Source of the DNA: an uncultured Planctomycetota bacterium
Lineage (GTDB): Bacteria; Planctomycetota; Planctomycetia; Isosphaerales; Isosphaeraceae
Direction of reading: 5' to 3'
Assembly: GCA_963845755.1 (NCBI GenBank)
Contig: CAWJTV010000043.1
Location: 1 to 64,000, forward strand
Length of the DNA: 64,000 nucleotides
Below, in pieces: positions 1 to 12,322 of this stretch. Position numbers and translations under genes: made by a program. The stretch's first letter is position 1. Every line of letters begins with the position of its first letter. Under the pieces are notes generated by a model that did not search any database, was not told the origin of the DNA, and saw only the letters and a list, made by a program, of their open reading frames with translations.

Positions 1-475
1 ACGGACCAGCTTTCGCTTTCTCCCTCCTCCTTTACCCGCCGCCCCATCGGCTTCTCTTGCGAGTCGCTTTCCCTTGCGGGGAGACGACGGGCTTACCACG
101 TTTCGCCGATATGCCGGGGTGGGGAAGGTCGCAGCTATCCGCCGGTGGTCCGTCATCTGCGTCGAGAGATCGATGAGCCCTCGAACCTGACCACATGCCG
201 TTTTGGCCCAAGCGTGTCAGCATCTTTCGCTTGTTCGCACTCACGACGTTTATCGCTGCTTCACCGAAGTTGACCTATCCACCTCATCCTGGCCCCCGAC
301 CGCCTTGATGCTCGCGGTCGCAGCGTCAGCTCACGCGTCGGCTGCCCTCTCGAGAGAGGAGGTTACGTTGTTCCGGGGCTTACTATCCCGGTAGGATCCT
401 GTCGGCAGAACAACAGGTGCCGTCGGTCTTCTCCGAAGGCCTCGGCACAGCCACATCGACGACATCGTGTCGCAC
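1..475 (-). mobile_element. Group II intron, 5' portion (domains I-III, probably IIB-type); RT ORF and DV/DVI lie beyond the window start
   Basis: Minus strand begins GTGCGACACGATG at 475. The EBS1 hairpin (stem 297-303/314-320, loop containing CATCAA) pairs perfectly with the last 6 nt of the 5' exon (TTGATG, 476-481). A DII/DIII-like stretch AACGTGGTAAGCCCG...GGGTAAAGGAGGAGGGAGAAAGCGAAAGC lies at ~10-102. Confidence 0.88.
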
Positions 476-598
476 CATCAAAAGTGCGGGAGAGCCAGGA
501 AAGCCCCCCCTTTTCGCCCCCCCGGTTGATGTCGGGAGCCACACGACGTTCCCATTCTGGGCGGCCCGAGGGGTAGAGAGGATCGGGGCCTTGGCGAT

Positions 599-651
599 CC
601 AGGGTGCGCCTGCGGAGACCCCTGGCTATGGTGTGCAACGCCGTTGGTGTA
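599..651. repeat. REP-like palindromic intergenic element
   Basis: Hairpin CCAGGGT...ACCCCTGG followed by GCTATGGTGTGCAACGCCGTTGGTGTA; resembles from memory a dispersed planctomycete REP family. Confidence 0.45.
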
Positions 652-914
652 GAGGTTGCCACCGAATCCCGCTCGTGGGTCCGTGAACCTGGTGGTCTTC
701 GGCAAGGAGTGTCGATTTTTACCCGATCAATACAACCGCTTCAATTGATAGAATCCTTACTTCCGGATCCTTTCGAGATTCCAGAATCGATGCGATTGAC
801 GTGGGAGTGTACGATACTCAAGTCGGCGAGTCAGACCGGAGCGATCGGGGTGGCGCAGATCAATCGACGAAGGGATCCCAATGAGACGCGGAAGAGCCGG
901 CACCCGAGGCGAAG

Positions 915-1097
915 AAATCGCGAAACGAACCCAACTCCTCCCTTACGCCCGGACGAAAAAATCGCGAAACGAACCCAACTTCGCCCTGCGACCCTCTCCA
1001 AAGTCTCAAAACGAAGCCAGATCCCCGGCCGGATCTGTGGATTTGTTCAGAAATCGAGCCGGTGATTGGGATCTGAACTATGAAAACGAAGCCAACT
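915..1097 (+). repeat. Short direct-repeat cluster, core AAACGAA(C/G)CCA
   Basis: Exact 22-mer AAATCGCGAAACGAACCCAACT at 915-936 and 959-980; variants at 1007-1019 and 1082-1097. Confidence 0.75.
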
Positions 1098-1309
1098 CGG
1101 AGATCCGCGTCCACTCATGCGTTTCTGGGGCGGGTCGCCGGGGCTCGCGTGGCTCCCGTATTCCCGGTAAAATCCCTATAACGACCACGATCGTCTGAAA
1201 TCACCTAGACACGACATTCGCCAGGCCAGGCGCGGCATCCCACTCCTCACGGAATGAATGAAACCACTCATCCAACCCGGAATGACCGACCCGCCGAGGA
1301 GAAGCCGGC

Positions 1310-4300
1310 ATGATGGACGCTGACGACACTCAATCGCCGAGGCGCCTGATGGGCGCGGTGATCCTGTTTATGCTGAGGATCGCGGTCGTGTCGTCCGTTT
1401 CGGCGGCATGGGCGGCAACCCCCGAGTCCGGGAAAAGCGGAGGCGAGACGAGCGATGCGGCCAAGGTGGAGTTCTTCGAGAAGAACGTCCGCCCAATCCT
1501 GGCGACGCGATGCCAGGAGTGTCATGGCCCGGCCAAGCAGAAGGGGGGACTGCGACTTGACGCTCGGGCCACGATCCTCACGGGTGGATTGACGGGACCG
1601 GCCGTCGTGCCCGGGAAGCCGAAGGAGAGCCTGCTGGTTGACGCGATCAATTACGGCGAAACCTATCAAATGCCCCCGAAGTCGAAACTTCCCGAACAGG
1701 AGGTCGCGACGCTCACGCGGTGGGTCGAGATGGGTGCACCCTGGGGAGTCGAGCCGAAAGTCAGCCCGACGGAGGCCAAGGAATCGAGATTACCCAATTC
1801 CAAAGGGGACAGTTGGCAAGCGGTCTACGAAGCGCGGGCGCACTTCTGGTGCTTCCAGCCGATTCGCCGGATCTCGCCCCCTGCGACCGCCGGTCTGCAA
1901 GGTTGGGCGCGCAACCCCGTTGACGGGTTCATCCTGGCCGGACTCGCCGGGCACGGTCTTTCGGCCGCGCCCGAAGCCGACCGGCGGACGTTGATTCGGA
2001 GGCTGTGCTACGATCTGATCGGGTTGCCCCCCTCGCCTAACGAGATCGCCGCATTCCAGGCGGATGAGTCGCCCAATGCTTACGAGCGGCTGGTGGACAG
2101 GCTGCTCGCCAGCCCCCATTACGGCGAGCGCTCGGCGCGACACTGGCTGGACCTGGTCCGGTACGCCGAGACGGCGGGACACGAATTCGACTACGAGATT
2201 TTGAACGCCTTCCGCTATCGCGATTACGTGATCCGTGCCTTCAATAACGACGTGCCCTACAATCAGTTCGTCGTCGAGCACCTTGCCGGCGACCTGCTCG
2301 AAAACCCGCGCCGACATCCGGTCGAAGGTTTCAATGAGTCGATGATCGGCACCGGCTTTTACTTCCTCGGCGAGGGGACGCATTCGCCGGTTGACGTCCG
2401 TGAGGAAGGAATGCGTCGGATCGACAACCAGATCGATGTGCTTTCGAAGACCTTCCTGGGCCTGACGGTCGCTTGCGCGCGTTGCCACGATCACAAGTTC
2501 GACCCGATCGGTAGCAAGGACTATTATGCCCTGGCCGGCTTCCTCCGTAGCTCGCGCCATCAGCAAGCGTTCGTCAACTCGCCCGGGCGAATCAGCCCGA
2601 CGCTGCGCCGGCTAGAGGCTTCCCGGAGGGAGACCGTTGCGCTCCTCGCTCAGGCCAGGTCGTCGCTCCCGGAGCCGCTCCGCGACCGAGTGGAGGCCGT
2701 GATCGGTAAGACTCGGTCCTCGAGCGACCGTGGCCAAGTGGTCCCTTGGAATATGAGGAAAAGCGAGCTCGCCGATTCGGTCTTCGAAGACTTCAACGGG
2801 GACAGCTTCGGGGGCTGGTCGGTGACGGGCGACGCGTTCGGCGAGCGGCCGACTCGGGCCGGTGACGTTTGTCTTGAAAACTCGGACAATCCGGGCCGAA
2901 TGATTTCGGTCACGCCGGGGCAGGCCCATAGCGGTCTTGTATCCACCCGGCTCCGCGGTGTGCTCCGCTCGCGGACGTTCACCATCGAGAAGCGATATGT
3001 TCACTACCGAGTTGCTGGACGCTCGGGGATTCTCAACGTCGTGATCGACGGCTACGAAAAGATCCGGTCCCCGATCTACGGCGGCCTGACAACGACCGTA
3101 AACCATGGCGATCAGCCAAGATGGATTACGCAAGATGTCAGCATGTGGATGGGCCACACCGCTTACCTGGAGATCGCCGACGGCGACGTTGCCGACTACC
3201 AAGGTGCCGAGACCCGCATGCATGACGGGCTAGGCTACGTCGTCGTGGACGAGATCCGCATGTCGAACAAGCCGGCTCACCCCCGTTCCCCCGGAGAGGT
3301 CGACCCAACGACGGTGGACCTCGCGGACGTGATCTCGGCTCTGCGAGTGCGGGCGTCGCCTCTCGCCGAGCGCCTCGCGTCGATCGTGGCCGACTCACTC
3401 TCCCTCGAAGCCCAGATCCCTGATCCTACGCTGGTCCTGGCGATCGCCGACGGCACAGGGCAGAATGAGCCGATTCACCTTCGAGGCAATCACAAGAATC
3501 TGGGTGACCTCGTCCCTCGTCGTTTCCTTCAAGTCCTCGGCGGTGCAGGCATCTCGTCGCCCGAGAGCGGCAGCGGCCGGCTCGAACTGGCTCGAGATGT
3601 CGTGGATGCCCAGGCTAATCCCCTGACCGCGCGGCGTGATGGTTAACCGGCTCTGGAAGCACCATTTCGGTGAGGGGATCGTGAAGTCCACCGACGACTT
3701 CGGTGCAATGGGTCGGAGGCCGACCCATCCGGAGCTGCTCGACTGGCTCGCCTCCGAACTGATCGGCCGTGGCTGGTCGATCAAGGCGATCCAGCGGCTG
3801 ATCGTCACCTCGAGTACGTATCGAATGTCGAGCGTCCCGACCGGCGACGCCGAGCGGCTCGATCCGGAGAACCTCTACCTTCATCGAATGAACGTCCGGC
3901 GCCTCGACGCCGAGGCGATCCGAGATGGCCTTCTGGCCGTATCCGGACGACGAGTTGAGACGATGTACGGCCCGAGCGTGCCGATTCACCTGAACGCGTT
4001 CATGGAAGGCCGCGGCCGTCCGGGACGATCAGGTCCTCTCGACGGCGATGGAAGGCGCAGCATCTATCTCGAGGTTCGGCGAAACTTCCTCAATCCGATG
4101 TTCCTGGCCTTCGACTTGCCCGTCCCCTTCTCCACCATGGGACGGAGGAATACCTCGAACGTCCCGGCCCAGGCCCTGACTCTGATGAACGGTCCGCTCG
4201 TCGCCGGCCAGGCGCGGCTCTGGGCCGAGAAGACTCTCCTTGATACACGCCGCTCCGATCGCGAGCGGCTCGACGACCTATTCGTCACTGCCTTCGGTCG

Positions 4301-4475
4301 TGGCCCAACCGGCGACGAAACCCAGGCCTGCCTCGCCTTCCTCTCGGCCTGGAAACCCGGCGATCCGCAGGAGTCCCAGGGTTATCCAGGCGCCGTTTCT
4401 CCGCCAGCACGTGAAGCCTGGTCCGCACTTTGCCATGTTTTGATCAACATGAAAGAATTTGTTTTTATTGAGTAG
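1310..4475 (+). CDS. Planctomycete cytochrome c / DUF1549 / DUF1553 (PSD1) domain protein; frameshift near 3635
   Basis: Signal peptide, FFEKNVRPIL..CQECH, CARCHDHKFDPI; continues in ORF 3636-4475 (VNRLWKHHFGEGIV, PTHPELLDWLA). Confidence 0.9.
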
Positions 4476-4501
4476 AGGTCTGGATCGAGGCCCATAACAT
4501 C

Positions 4502-5974
4502 ATGCATTGCTGCCGATACGGGGAACCGGCCTCAAGTCGTCGCGAGATGCTTCAGCGGTGCGCCAACGGCTTCGGTGGCCTGGCGCTGGCTGCCTTGATG
4601 CGCGAGCCGTCATTCGGTGCGGCCATTGGCGAACGCGATGCGGATCCGGTGCCGGCGACCCCTCAGCCGGGCTCGCGCCGCAGCCCGATGGAGCCCCAAC
4701 CCTCGCATTATGCCGCAAAGGCGCGTGCGGTCATTTTCCTGTTCATGGATGGGGGTCCATCGCAACTCGATACCTTCGACCCGAAGCCCCGGCTGGACCG
4801 GGAGCATGGACGGCCGATCCAGGTGAAGACGCACCCCACCCAGTTCAACAACGTGGGGAACGTCCTGGCATCCCCCTGGAAGTTTCGCCGTTACGGACAG
4901 AGCGGCATACCCGTGAGCGACCTGTTCCCGAACATCGGCCGCCACGTCGATGACCTAGCGATCGTGCGTTCGATGGTCTCGAACTTCTCGGAGCACACCA
5001 CTGCCAATTACTTCATTCACACAGGGAGCGGGCTACAGGGTCGTCCGAGCCAGGGCGCCTGGGTGACGTATGGTCTGGGTAGCGCGTGCCGGGATCTGCC
5101 CGGCTTCGTCGTCCTCAATGGAGGATTAATCCCGCCCGGCGGGCTGGATTGCTTCAATAGCGGCTTCCTCCCCGCGGCCTTCCAGGGGTCGGTCTTCAAG
5201 CCGGACCGTGTGCCCGTCGCCAATATCGAACGGATCGAGCCAACGGCTGCGGATCAGCAGCGTAAACTGGCACTGATGCGCTCGCTCGACCGAGGCGTGC
5301 TGGGCCGATTAGGCCACCACGACAGCGTGGAAGCCGCGATCTCCAACTATGAGCTGGCCTTCCGCATGCAAGCCGCCGTCCCCGAGCTGATGAGCCTCGA
5401 TGGCGAATCCCAGGCCACTCAGAGACTGTATGGCCTCGATGCTTCCTACCCGCCCACTCGGATCTTCGCCCGCGAGTGCCTGATCGCACGGCGGCTGGTG
5501 GAACGCGGCGTCCGGTTCGTCGAGCTGCTCTGTCCGAGCGTCGGCGCGGACCGGTGGGACCAGCACGGCAATCTCAAGCGGGGACATCAGGACAATGCCC
5601 GCGCCGTCGACCAGCCGATCGCGGCCTTGCTCGAGGACTTGAAAGCCCGCGGTCTGCTGGATTCCACGCTCGTGGTCTGGGGCGGCGAGTTCGGCCGCAC
5701 CCCGATGGCTCAGGGCACCGACGGCCGCGACCACAATCCTTACGGATTCACGATCTGGCTAGCCGGCGGCGGCATCAAGGGCGGCACAATTTACGGTGGC
5801 ACCGATGACTACGGCTACCATGCCATCGAGAACAAGGTCGAGATCTATGACCTTCATGCGACGATGCTCCACCTGCTCGGCATGGATCACAAGCGATTGA
5901 CCTACCGGTTCGGTGGCCGCGACATGAGGTTAACGGATGTCCATGGCGAGGTCATCCGGGGAATTCTTGCCTGA
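4502..5974 (+). CDS. DUF1501 domain protein (Tat-like N-terminus)
   Basis: SRREML Tat-like motif, FLFMDGGPSQLDTFDPKP, WDQH, GEFGRTP, GRDHNP; usual partner of DUF1553 genes. Confidence 0.92.
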   Translation: MHCCRYGEPASSRREMLQRCANGFGGLALAALMREPSFGAAIGERDADPVPATPQPGSRRSPMEPQPSHYAAKARAVIFLFMDGGPSQLDTFDPKPRLDREHGRPIQVKTHPTQFNNVGNVLASPWKFRRYGQSGIPVSDLFPNIGRHVDDLAIVRSMVSNFSEHTTANYFIHTGSGLQGRPSQGAWVTYGLGSACRDLPGFVVLNGGLIPPGGLDCFNSGFLPAAFQGSVFKPDRVPVANIERIEPTAADQQRKLALMRSLDRGVLGRLGHHDSVEAAISNYELAFRMQAAVPELMSLDGESQATQRLYGLDASYPPTRIFARECLIARRLVERGVRFVELLCPSVGADRWDQHGNLKRGHQDNARAVDQPIAALLEDLKARGLLDSTLVVWGGEFGRTPMAQGTDGRDHNPYGFTIWLAGGGIKGGTIYGGTDDYGYHAIENKVEIYDLHATMLHLLGMDHKRLTYRFGGRDMRLTDVHGEVIRGILA

Positions 5975-6469
5975 GTTGACTCGGAAAGGCCGAGTAAAAC
6001 CGGATTATCGCCTATTCAGCCGTTCGCCTTGCCCCGACTCCCCTCTGCCATTCGGGCCTCCTCTCATACGAGCTGGAGAAAGGTCCACTGGTGAGGGTTA
6101 TGCGGGCGATGACGATTTCGCCATTCGCGCGGAAAAAATCGATCGCAGCGGTGATGAACCTGAATAAAGGGTTGCGACCTGCCGATCATAGTGGAGACAA
6201 GGTCGTTTTCTTCGGAACAACCGTCTTGACCGGAACGGCGCGGGGAGGTAAACACCATCCGCACTTTCTACCCGTCCAGGGTCCGTACCCGCGCCCGAGC
6301 ATCGAGAAAACGCCAGGGCACTCAGGAAACGAGTGTAGCCGTCATTCCGTGGAGGCGGGATGGCTCGCGCAAACGAATAGGCTACAAGTCTCCCACTCGT
6401 GAGGACATAAGAGAGGCCGTCGCCAGGGAAGTCGGCGGTGGTCCGCACGAGCGGCGAAAGGAGGTCGCG

Positions 6470-9400
6470 TTGGGAAGGCTAGGAAAGGTCAGTCTCATCT
6501 TGATCCTCGGCGCATGGGGAGGTGCCACCAGAGGCGCCGCACCCGATGACGCGGCCGCAGCGCCATCCAAGGCGACCCGCCCGGCCCCGCCCGCGCCGCC
6601 GATCAAATATCTGGAAGCCGGCGCCAAGTTGTACAACAATGCCCAGTTCGATCAAGCTGGCCTCTATCTGGAGGCCGCCAATCGTTATCGTGATCAGCTC
6701 CAGCCGGACGAGTGCGCCATGTTGGACGCATATCTGAAGGAGCTGGCCAAGGTCAAGCCCGCAGCCAAGCTGGCGCCGAGTGGTGTGTCGGATCCGGCTG
6801 CAAAGCCGGTGTCTGCGATGGCACCCGCGGCCACAGCGACGGCACCCATCACACCGACCTCGGCGCCCACTCCGGGCACTGAAGCCCCGAGTGTGGCTCA
6901 TGGGCTTTCCGCCCCGGAGGCCAGGCAGAAGGCCCTCTGGATGTTGAAGCAGGGGAAGGAACACCTGCTGCGGGGAAACTACGATGCCGCGCAGGCGAAG
7001 GCCGAGGAAGCTCGATCGCTGGATGTCCACTGGAACCTGTTCGACGACACGCCGGACAAGCTTCAAGCCGACATCGACAAGTCACGGCCGAAGCCGGTCA
7101 ACACCGCTCTGGCCCCGGATAGCGGTCAGGCTCACGATCGGCGGACCGCCAAGGCGAAGCTCGCGCGAGGCCCGCGCAATGCTGAACAACCGTCAGTTCG
7201 AGCAGGCCGAGGCGCTCGCCCTGGAGTTGAAGCAATGGGGCCTCACCTATGGCTGGTTCGATGACACGCCCGACAAGGTGGCCGCCGCGGCCCGGGCGCT
7301 CCGCCGTCGCGACACGATGCGGAGCATGCCGGTTCACGAGCAGTCGAGCCAGGGTGTCTACAATGAGTTGGTTCAACAATCGCGGCAGTACCTGAAAGCC
7401 GGCAAGCTGAACGAGGCGGAGGGCAAGGCGCGGATGGCCGCGCGGATGAACGTCATCCCGCCTGTGGATACCGACCGTGCCGAGACGGTCCTGCATGAGA
7501 TCGCGATGGTCCGCCAGCAGAACCGGCCGGCCGTCGCGCCGCCGGCACCGACGAACCCGGGGCCGAACGGGGCAGCCGGGAACGAGATCGGTTTGGAAGT
7601 CGTGCAGGCGAATCACGCCGAGGCGGCACCGGCTGTCGCGGCACCCGCGACCGACGCGGCCGTCCAGCGGATCGCCGCGACAGATGGCAACGCCGGGCCC
7701 GATCTCTCCGCCCCGGCGACGCCCGGAGACGTCGTCCCGCCCGCGAATTCTGGTTCGGCTGCTGCCGCAGCCGGTCCGGAGCTGGCCGCGAACGCCGTAG
7801 AAGTTCCCACCGCGGAGCCGGCGAATGGGCAGACGGTTCCCACATCACCGCCGGGCAATCGCGGCGAACAACTGCTCGCCGAGGCCAAGGCGCTCTACTC
7901 CAATGCCAACTACGCCGCCGCCCTCCAACTCGCCAACGAGGCGAAGGTCGGCAAATTCGGCGTGGAAGCCCAGGCCGGCGAGCTCGTCGCTCAGATCAAC
8001 CTGGCTTCGCAGGCCAAGGCCCTGAGCCTCTACGAAGCGGCCCTGGCGGCGATTCGCAAGGGTGACAACGTTCGCGCAAGGGACATGTTGACCGAGGTCG
8101 CCGCCGACGAGAGCTTCGAGGACGAGAGCCTCAAGACGAAGGTCCAGGCGCTCCTTCAGAAGCTCACCGGTGTGAAGGGTGGGGCCGGTGTGGCCTCGAC
8201 CGACGCGGCCGAGGATGCCGACACTCTCGCCGCCCAGAAACTCAATGCCGAGGTCGGTACCAAGATCGCCGAGGCCCGCCGGTATCATGAAACCGATCCC
8301 GACAAGGCCATCGCCATCTACGAGCAGACGATGCAGGCCGTCAAAGGCTCGCATCTCGCGCCCGAGCTGACACGACCCATGGTCCGCCGCCTCGAGGTCG
8401 CCCTCGAGCTGGCCCGCAAGGACAAGGCCCAGTTCGTCGTCAAGATGGTGGACAAGAAGCAGCGCGAAGAGATCGAGCTGAAGCGGCTCCGCATCCTCGA
8501 GGCCGACAAGGCCAAGAAGATCCGGCTGAAGGAGATGATGGACAAGGCCACCTCGGCTTACGCCGAAGGCAAGTATGTCGAATGCGAGACCTACGCCAAG
8601 ATGGCCATGGAGATCGACCCCAATGAAGTAGCGGCTTCCATTCTCGCCTTCAAAGCGAAGGCCGAACGTCACTACAAGATCGATAAGCAGACTCTCGACG
8701 ATAAGAGCGAAGGCGCCCTGACGGCCTTTCAGGAAGTGGACCGTGCCGGGGTCGCCGATCCGGAGGTCCAGATCCGCGGCATCAAGTACGCTCAGAACTT
8801 CAAGGACTTGACGCGAGAGCGTCTGGCCATGAACTCCCGGCTCGAGCCACGAAGGGATCCCAAGATCCTCGCAATCGAGGCCAAGCTGCGTGAGCCCATC
8901 TCGATCAACGTAGACAAGCAGTCCCTCAGCGAAGCCGTCAAGTTCATCCAGGACTACACCGGGCTGAACATCGTCATCGATCCCAAGGGGGTCAGCGACG
9001 AAGGAATCACCTCGGGCGCCCCGGTGAGCCTGAACCTCAACAATGTTCAGGTCAAGACGGCCCTGAAGCTGATGCTCAAGCCGCTCGGGTTGACCTACAA
9101 GGTTGACGACGAGGTGGTCCTGATCACCAGCCCGCAGGCCAGCCAGAAAGAGACCTTCGTCAAGACCTACTACGTGGGAGACCTGATCCTCCCGACCAAC
9201 AGGGGGGCGGAGGTCCCGATCCCTCAACACTTGACCGACTCGAGTCCGGACAATGAACTGAATGCCGGCGCCCGAGGGCTCAACACTCTCTCGCCCCCGA
9301 TTCCGATGGTCGGTGCCGATGGCGTGGGGCTCGAGGGAATGGGGGTGAAGAAATCCAAACGCCCCTGGGTGGACATGACGCCGATCGTCCAGTTGATCGC

Positions 9401-10919
9401 GACCTCGATCGAGCCGGGCACCTGGCAGGTCCACGATGGGGAAGGTGCCGATGTCACCCAGTCCTACGGGCTCGGCGGTGGGTTTGGCGGCGGCGATGCC
9501 GGCGGCCTGGATGTCGCCCGGCCCATCGGTGCCATTACCCCGTTCTTCCTGAGCATCAGCCTGATCGTCCGCCACACGGCGGAGGTCCACGAGCAAGTGG
9601 CCGACTTGCTCAAGCAGTTGCGTCGGCTCTCGGATCTGCAAGTCACGATCGAGGTTCGCTTCATCACGGTCGAGGATAACTTCTTCGAGCAGATCGGCGT
9701 GGACTTCGATTTCCAGATCCAGTCCGATGCTGTCGGCAAGCATAGCACGCTCGCAACTCCCAATCCGCTCATTTCGCTCTTCCCGATCTCGGGAGTCACC
9801 GGCGGTCTCATCACCGGAACCAGCACATCGTCCTCGACTGGCAGCGGGACCGGTGGAGGGGGCAGCGGCGGGCTCAGCGGCGGTAGCACCGGTGGCGGCG
9901 GCGGCGGCAGCACCGGCGGGCTCGGTGGCGGCGGCGGTGGCGCCGGTGGCGGCGGCCTCGGCGGCGGCGGTGCTGGCGGTGCTGGCGGCGGTGCCACCGG
10001 CGGCGGTGCCACCGGCGGCGGTGCGGGTGGGACGACCGGCGGGACAACGGGTGGCTCGGGATTGACGAACGCCTACCTCGTGAACCCCATCCGCGATCAC
10101 GCTCTGGGGAACAACCAGCCTGTCATCGTCGGCACACAGGGTGGCGGGCTCGGCAACTTCTCGCCGAACTTGGACATCCCCTTCAGCAACACGCAGGGTC
10201 AATTGATCGCCCCGACGTTCGTCAATAACTATCAGTCCACGGGTGCGGGAGCGACCTTCGGTATCGCGTTCCTGAGTGACCTGGAGGTCTACCTGTTCCT
10301 CACGGCCGCCCAGGGTGACACGCGGTCCAACGTCCTCCAGGCGCCCAAGGTCACGACATTGAATGGGGCGTCGGCCACGGTCTTCAGCCAGACCCGGCAA
10401 TACTATGTGGCCTCGCTGACTCCGATCATCGGGCCGGCCGCGGTCGCCTATCAGCCCGTAGTCTCTCAGGTCCCGATCGGCCCCACGCTCATCGTGACCC
10501 CCGTTGTCTCCGCAGACCGCCGTTACGTGCGACTGACGCTGGCCCCCTTCTTCATCGCTCTGAACGGCTTCACGACCTACCAGTCCGGGCTGGCGGCAGT
10601 CGGAGGCATCGGCTTCGCCGGCGGTGGAGGAACGGTCAGCTCCACGATCCAGCTCCCGAATATCGGCTTCTTCACGGCCTCGACGACCGTTACGGTTCCC
10701 GACGGCGGTACGGTCTTGATGGGCGGCATCAAGACGCTCAACGAGCAACGGATCGAGTACGGCGTCCCGGTCCTCTCCAAGACGCCCCTGATCGATCGTC
10801 TGTTCCGCAACGTCGGTATCGGCCGTAACACGCAGAGCCTCATGCTGATGGTCACGCCACGAATCATCATCCTGGAAGAAGAGGAAGAACGGCTGGGAAT
10901 TCCCTCCGTCGCGCTCTGA
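6470..10919 (+). CDS. Large secretin (GspD/PilQ-like) outer-membrane protein with TPR-like N-terminus and Gly-rich insert; frameshift near 7165
   Basis: Signal peptide; C-terminal secretin motifs QVTIEVRFITV, APKVTTLNG, TTVTVPDGGTVLMGG, VPVLSKTPLIDRLFRN, LMLMVTPRII. Confidence 0.85.
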
Positions 10920-10969
10920 GCGCGAAGGACCGGGTCACCTGGCAAGCTGGACGACGCGAACCTTCGAAG

Positions 10970-11001
10970 CCGCCGGAATTTTATTCCGGCGGTTTCGCTT
11001 T
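10970..11001 (+). terminator. Rho-independent terminator candidate
   Basis: CCGCCGGAAT-ttt-ATTCCGGCGG followed by TTTCGCTTT, 50 bp after the secretin stop. Confidence 0.65.
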
Positions 11002-11074
11002 CGAACCGCGATCTCGCCCCCGACCTTTCCCGAGAGCTTGTACGGACGCCCAGAATTCGAGATGCGGAGCTGGC

Positions 11075-12237
11075 CCCTGTTCCTTGAGGTGCTGCGCATC
11101 GCGGGCGAGTTGGGGATGGTCAAGTTGGGGAACCTGTCCACCGACGGGACCAAGATGGGGGCCAACGCCTCGCGGCACAAGGCGATGAGCTACGGCTACA
11201 TGGGGAAGGAAATCGAACGGCTGAAGGCCGAGATCGAGCAAATGCTCCAGGAAGCTGAGCAGCTCGACGCCGAGCAAGATGCGGCGTTGGGGAGCCGTCG
11301 CGGCGACGAACTGCCGGCGGAATTGAAGCGGCGTGACGATCGGTTGGCCAAGATTCGCGAGGCGAAAGCGCGGCTGGAAGCCGAGGCGGCTGCCCGGGCG
11401 GACGAAGAACAACGCCGCCGGGATCAGGCCCAAGCCCAGCGGGAAGCGGACGGCCGCAAACGCCGGGGCAAGCCACCGGCTCCGATCGATCCGAGTCCCG
11501 AGGAGAAGGCGCAAATGAACTTCACCGACCCCGAAGCGAAGATCATGAAGCAGAGCAACAAGGGGTTCGATTATTCGTACAACGCCCAGGCGGTGGTGGA
11601 TGGCGCGCACCAGATCATCGTCGCCCCGGACGTGACCTCAGCGCCCAACGACAAGGAACAGGCGGTGCCGATGGCGCAAGCAGCCTTAAACAATCTGGAG
11701 GCGGCTGGGATCCCGCGGCCGATGGCCAGCGACGGGACCCCGACGCCGATTCCGAACACGGCGGACACGGGCTATTTCAGCGCGAAAGCGGTGGCGGGAC
11801 TGGAGCAGATCGGCATGGACCCGTATGTGGCTGTTGAGCGTCAGAAGCACCACGTGGCTGCGGTGACGTCGGCGACGACGGCTCCCGCACCGGAAGCGAG
11901 TGTGAACGAGAAGATGCAGCACAAACTGCGTACGGCGGCCGGCAAAGCCCTGTACGCGGCGCGGAAGCAGATCGTCGAACCGGTCTTCGGCCAGATCAAA
12001 TTCGCGCGGGGGATTCGCCAGTTTCTGCTCCGTGGCTTGGAGAAAGTCTCCGCCGAGTGGCAACTGATCTGCCTGACCCACAATCTACTGAAGATTTGGC
12101 GCCACACCTGCGCCGCCGCCGAGAGTTGAGTGGGATAGTGCGCAGCAGAGGGCGCGGCCGAGGCCGAAATGGCCAAGGCCCGGTGGGAACCCAGGGGCCA
12201 AGGCGAGACACGGGCGAATTCTCGGACAGGCTCCTAG
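11075..12237 (+). mobile_element. 5'-truncated IS1182-family element (transposase ORF to 12129)
   Basis: DGTKMGANAS, NFTDPEAKIM, YNAQAVVD, ADTGYFS, RKQIVEPVFGQIK..RG motifs; N-terminal DUF772 region missing; IS-end-like TTCTCGGACAGGCTC-CTAG at ~12219-12237 with no matching left end found. Confidence 0.82.
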
Positions 12238-12322
12238 ACGTTCCGATTACGGTCTTGCCGCAGAGCCCATCATTGCGTCCCCAAGGTGTTTCCGTCCTCG
12301 TTCTCCTTCAAGTGGGCATACC

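Noticed and set aside
32..705. Short ORFs at the window start
   Set aside because: They overlap intron RNA domains and REP-like DNA; no protein signal.
915..1097. Mini CRISPR array
   Set aside because: Only two exact 22-bp copies, irregular spacing, no palindrome, leader or cas genes.
3630..3646. Programmed ribosomal frameshifting at split genes
   Set aside because: No slippery heptamers seen, and unrelated genes are affected; assembly error is simpler.
7845..10748. 967-aa minus-strand ORF and other long antisense ORFs (e.g. 40467-42452, 36347-37780, 59445-60896)
   Set aside because: Shadow frames of high-GC genes on the opposite strand, with no recognisable motifs.
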